Assembly: GCA_964016885.1 (NCBI GenBank)
Contig: OZ024762.1
Coordinates: forward strand, 23,126,001-23,190,000
Direction of reading: 5' to 3'
Length of the DNA stretch: 64,000 bases
From: Eledone cirrhosa
Taxonomy: Eukaryota
The notes beneath the pieces are model-generated. The model had not been told where the DNA came from. It saw only the letters and a program-made list of their open reading frames with translations, and ran no database searches. The translations under genes were made by a program, and so were the position numbers. The number at the start of each line of letters is the position of its first letter. Position 1 is the stretch's first letter. Below are positions 59,945 through 64,000 of the stretch, one piece after another.

Positions 59945-60285
59945 AAGGTTTCTTGGTGAGGAGGGTGACTTTGAACATCTTGCAGTACTAAAAACAAAAC
60001 CTATCAAAGGCTAAAGGAGCTATTAAGAGTCAATGGCCATCCAAAATCACCGGGAAAGATGACCCCTTAGCCTTTGTCAAGGCAGAATTCTAGGAGAAGG
60101 AAAACTCTGATATAACACCTGCAACCCTGATGGTATCCAATGATCTTGACTTGTTCTTCTCTTTGGTAAATATCATCTTGGTTAAGAGAGTGGGACTGGC
60201 TTTGTGCAGTGCTCACTATAAAAGCTTCACGGCACAGGCATTGCTTTATATCTGGAGATCTCTCTGCACTTGTCACATGGTACCA
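59945..60285 (+). mobile_element. Non-autonomous RTE-like repeat, truncated at both ends
   Basis: Homologous to 54080-54430. Confidence 0.72.
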
Positions 60286-60369
60286 TATATATATACAGAT
60301 ATACATACATATATATATATACATATATATATACAGTACCATATATATATACAGATATACATATATCTA

Positions 60370-60402
<33 letters not shown>

Positions 60403-60405
60403 CTA

Positions 60406-64000
<3,595 letters not shown>

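Overview
Very AT-rich animal genomic DNA with no confidently recognisable host gene and one 200-N gap (55184-55383). The SINE families and microsatellite load suggest an octopus or other cephalopod (inference). Roughly 40-50% by eye is (TA)n/(CA)n/(TATG)n microsatellite, which generates almost all ORFs in the track. Real coding sequence is retroelement-derived: a decayed Penelope-like element (PLE; RT plus C-terminal GIY-YIG, 5520-9300, minus), two more PLE endonuclease fragments, two 5'-truncated CR1/L2-group LINEs with long open RT frames (58012-59703, 60513-62590), RTE fragments, a non-autonomous RTE-like family, an R4/Dong-like fragment and many tRNA-derived SINEs. The most striking signal is that many short unique islands between (TA)n tracts are 3' ends of diverse PLE-like families. 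By eye, about 15-20 carry complete or half type-I hammerhead ribozyme folds and about 20 are fold-back inverted repeats. Several share a TTGAGT(A/G)C motif near their 3' end, and copies stop at fixed TA dinucleotides running into (TA)n. This suggests a (TA)n-targeted, hammerhead-bearing, palindrome-generating retroelement system. All folds and alignments were done by eye and need computational confirmation.
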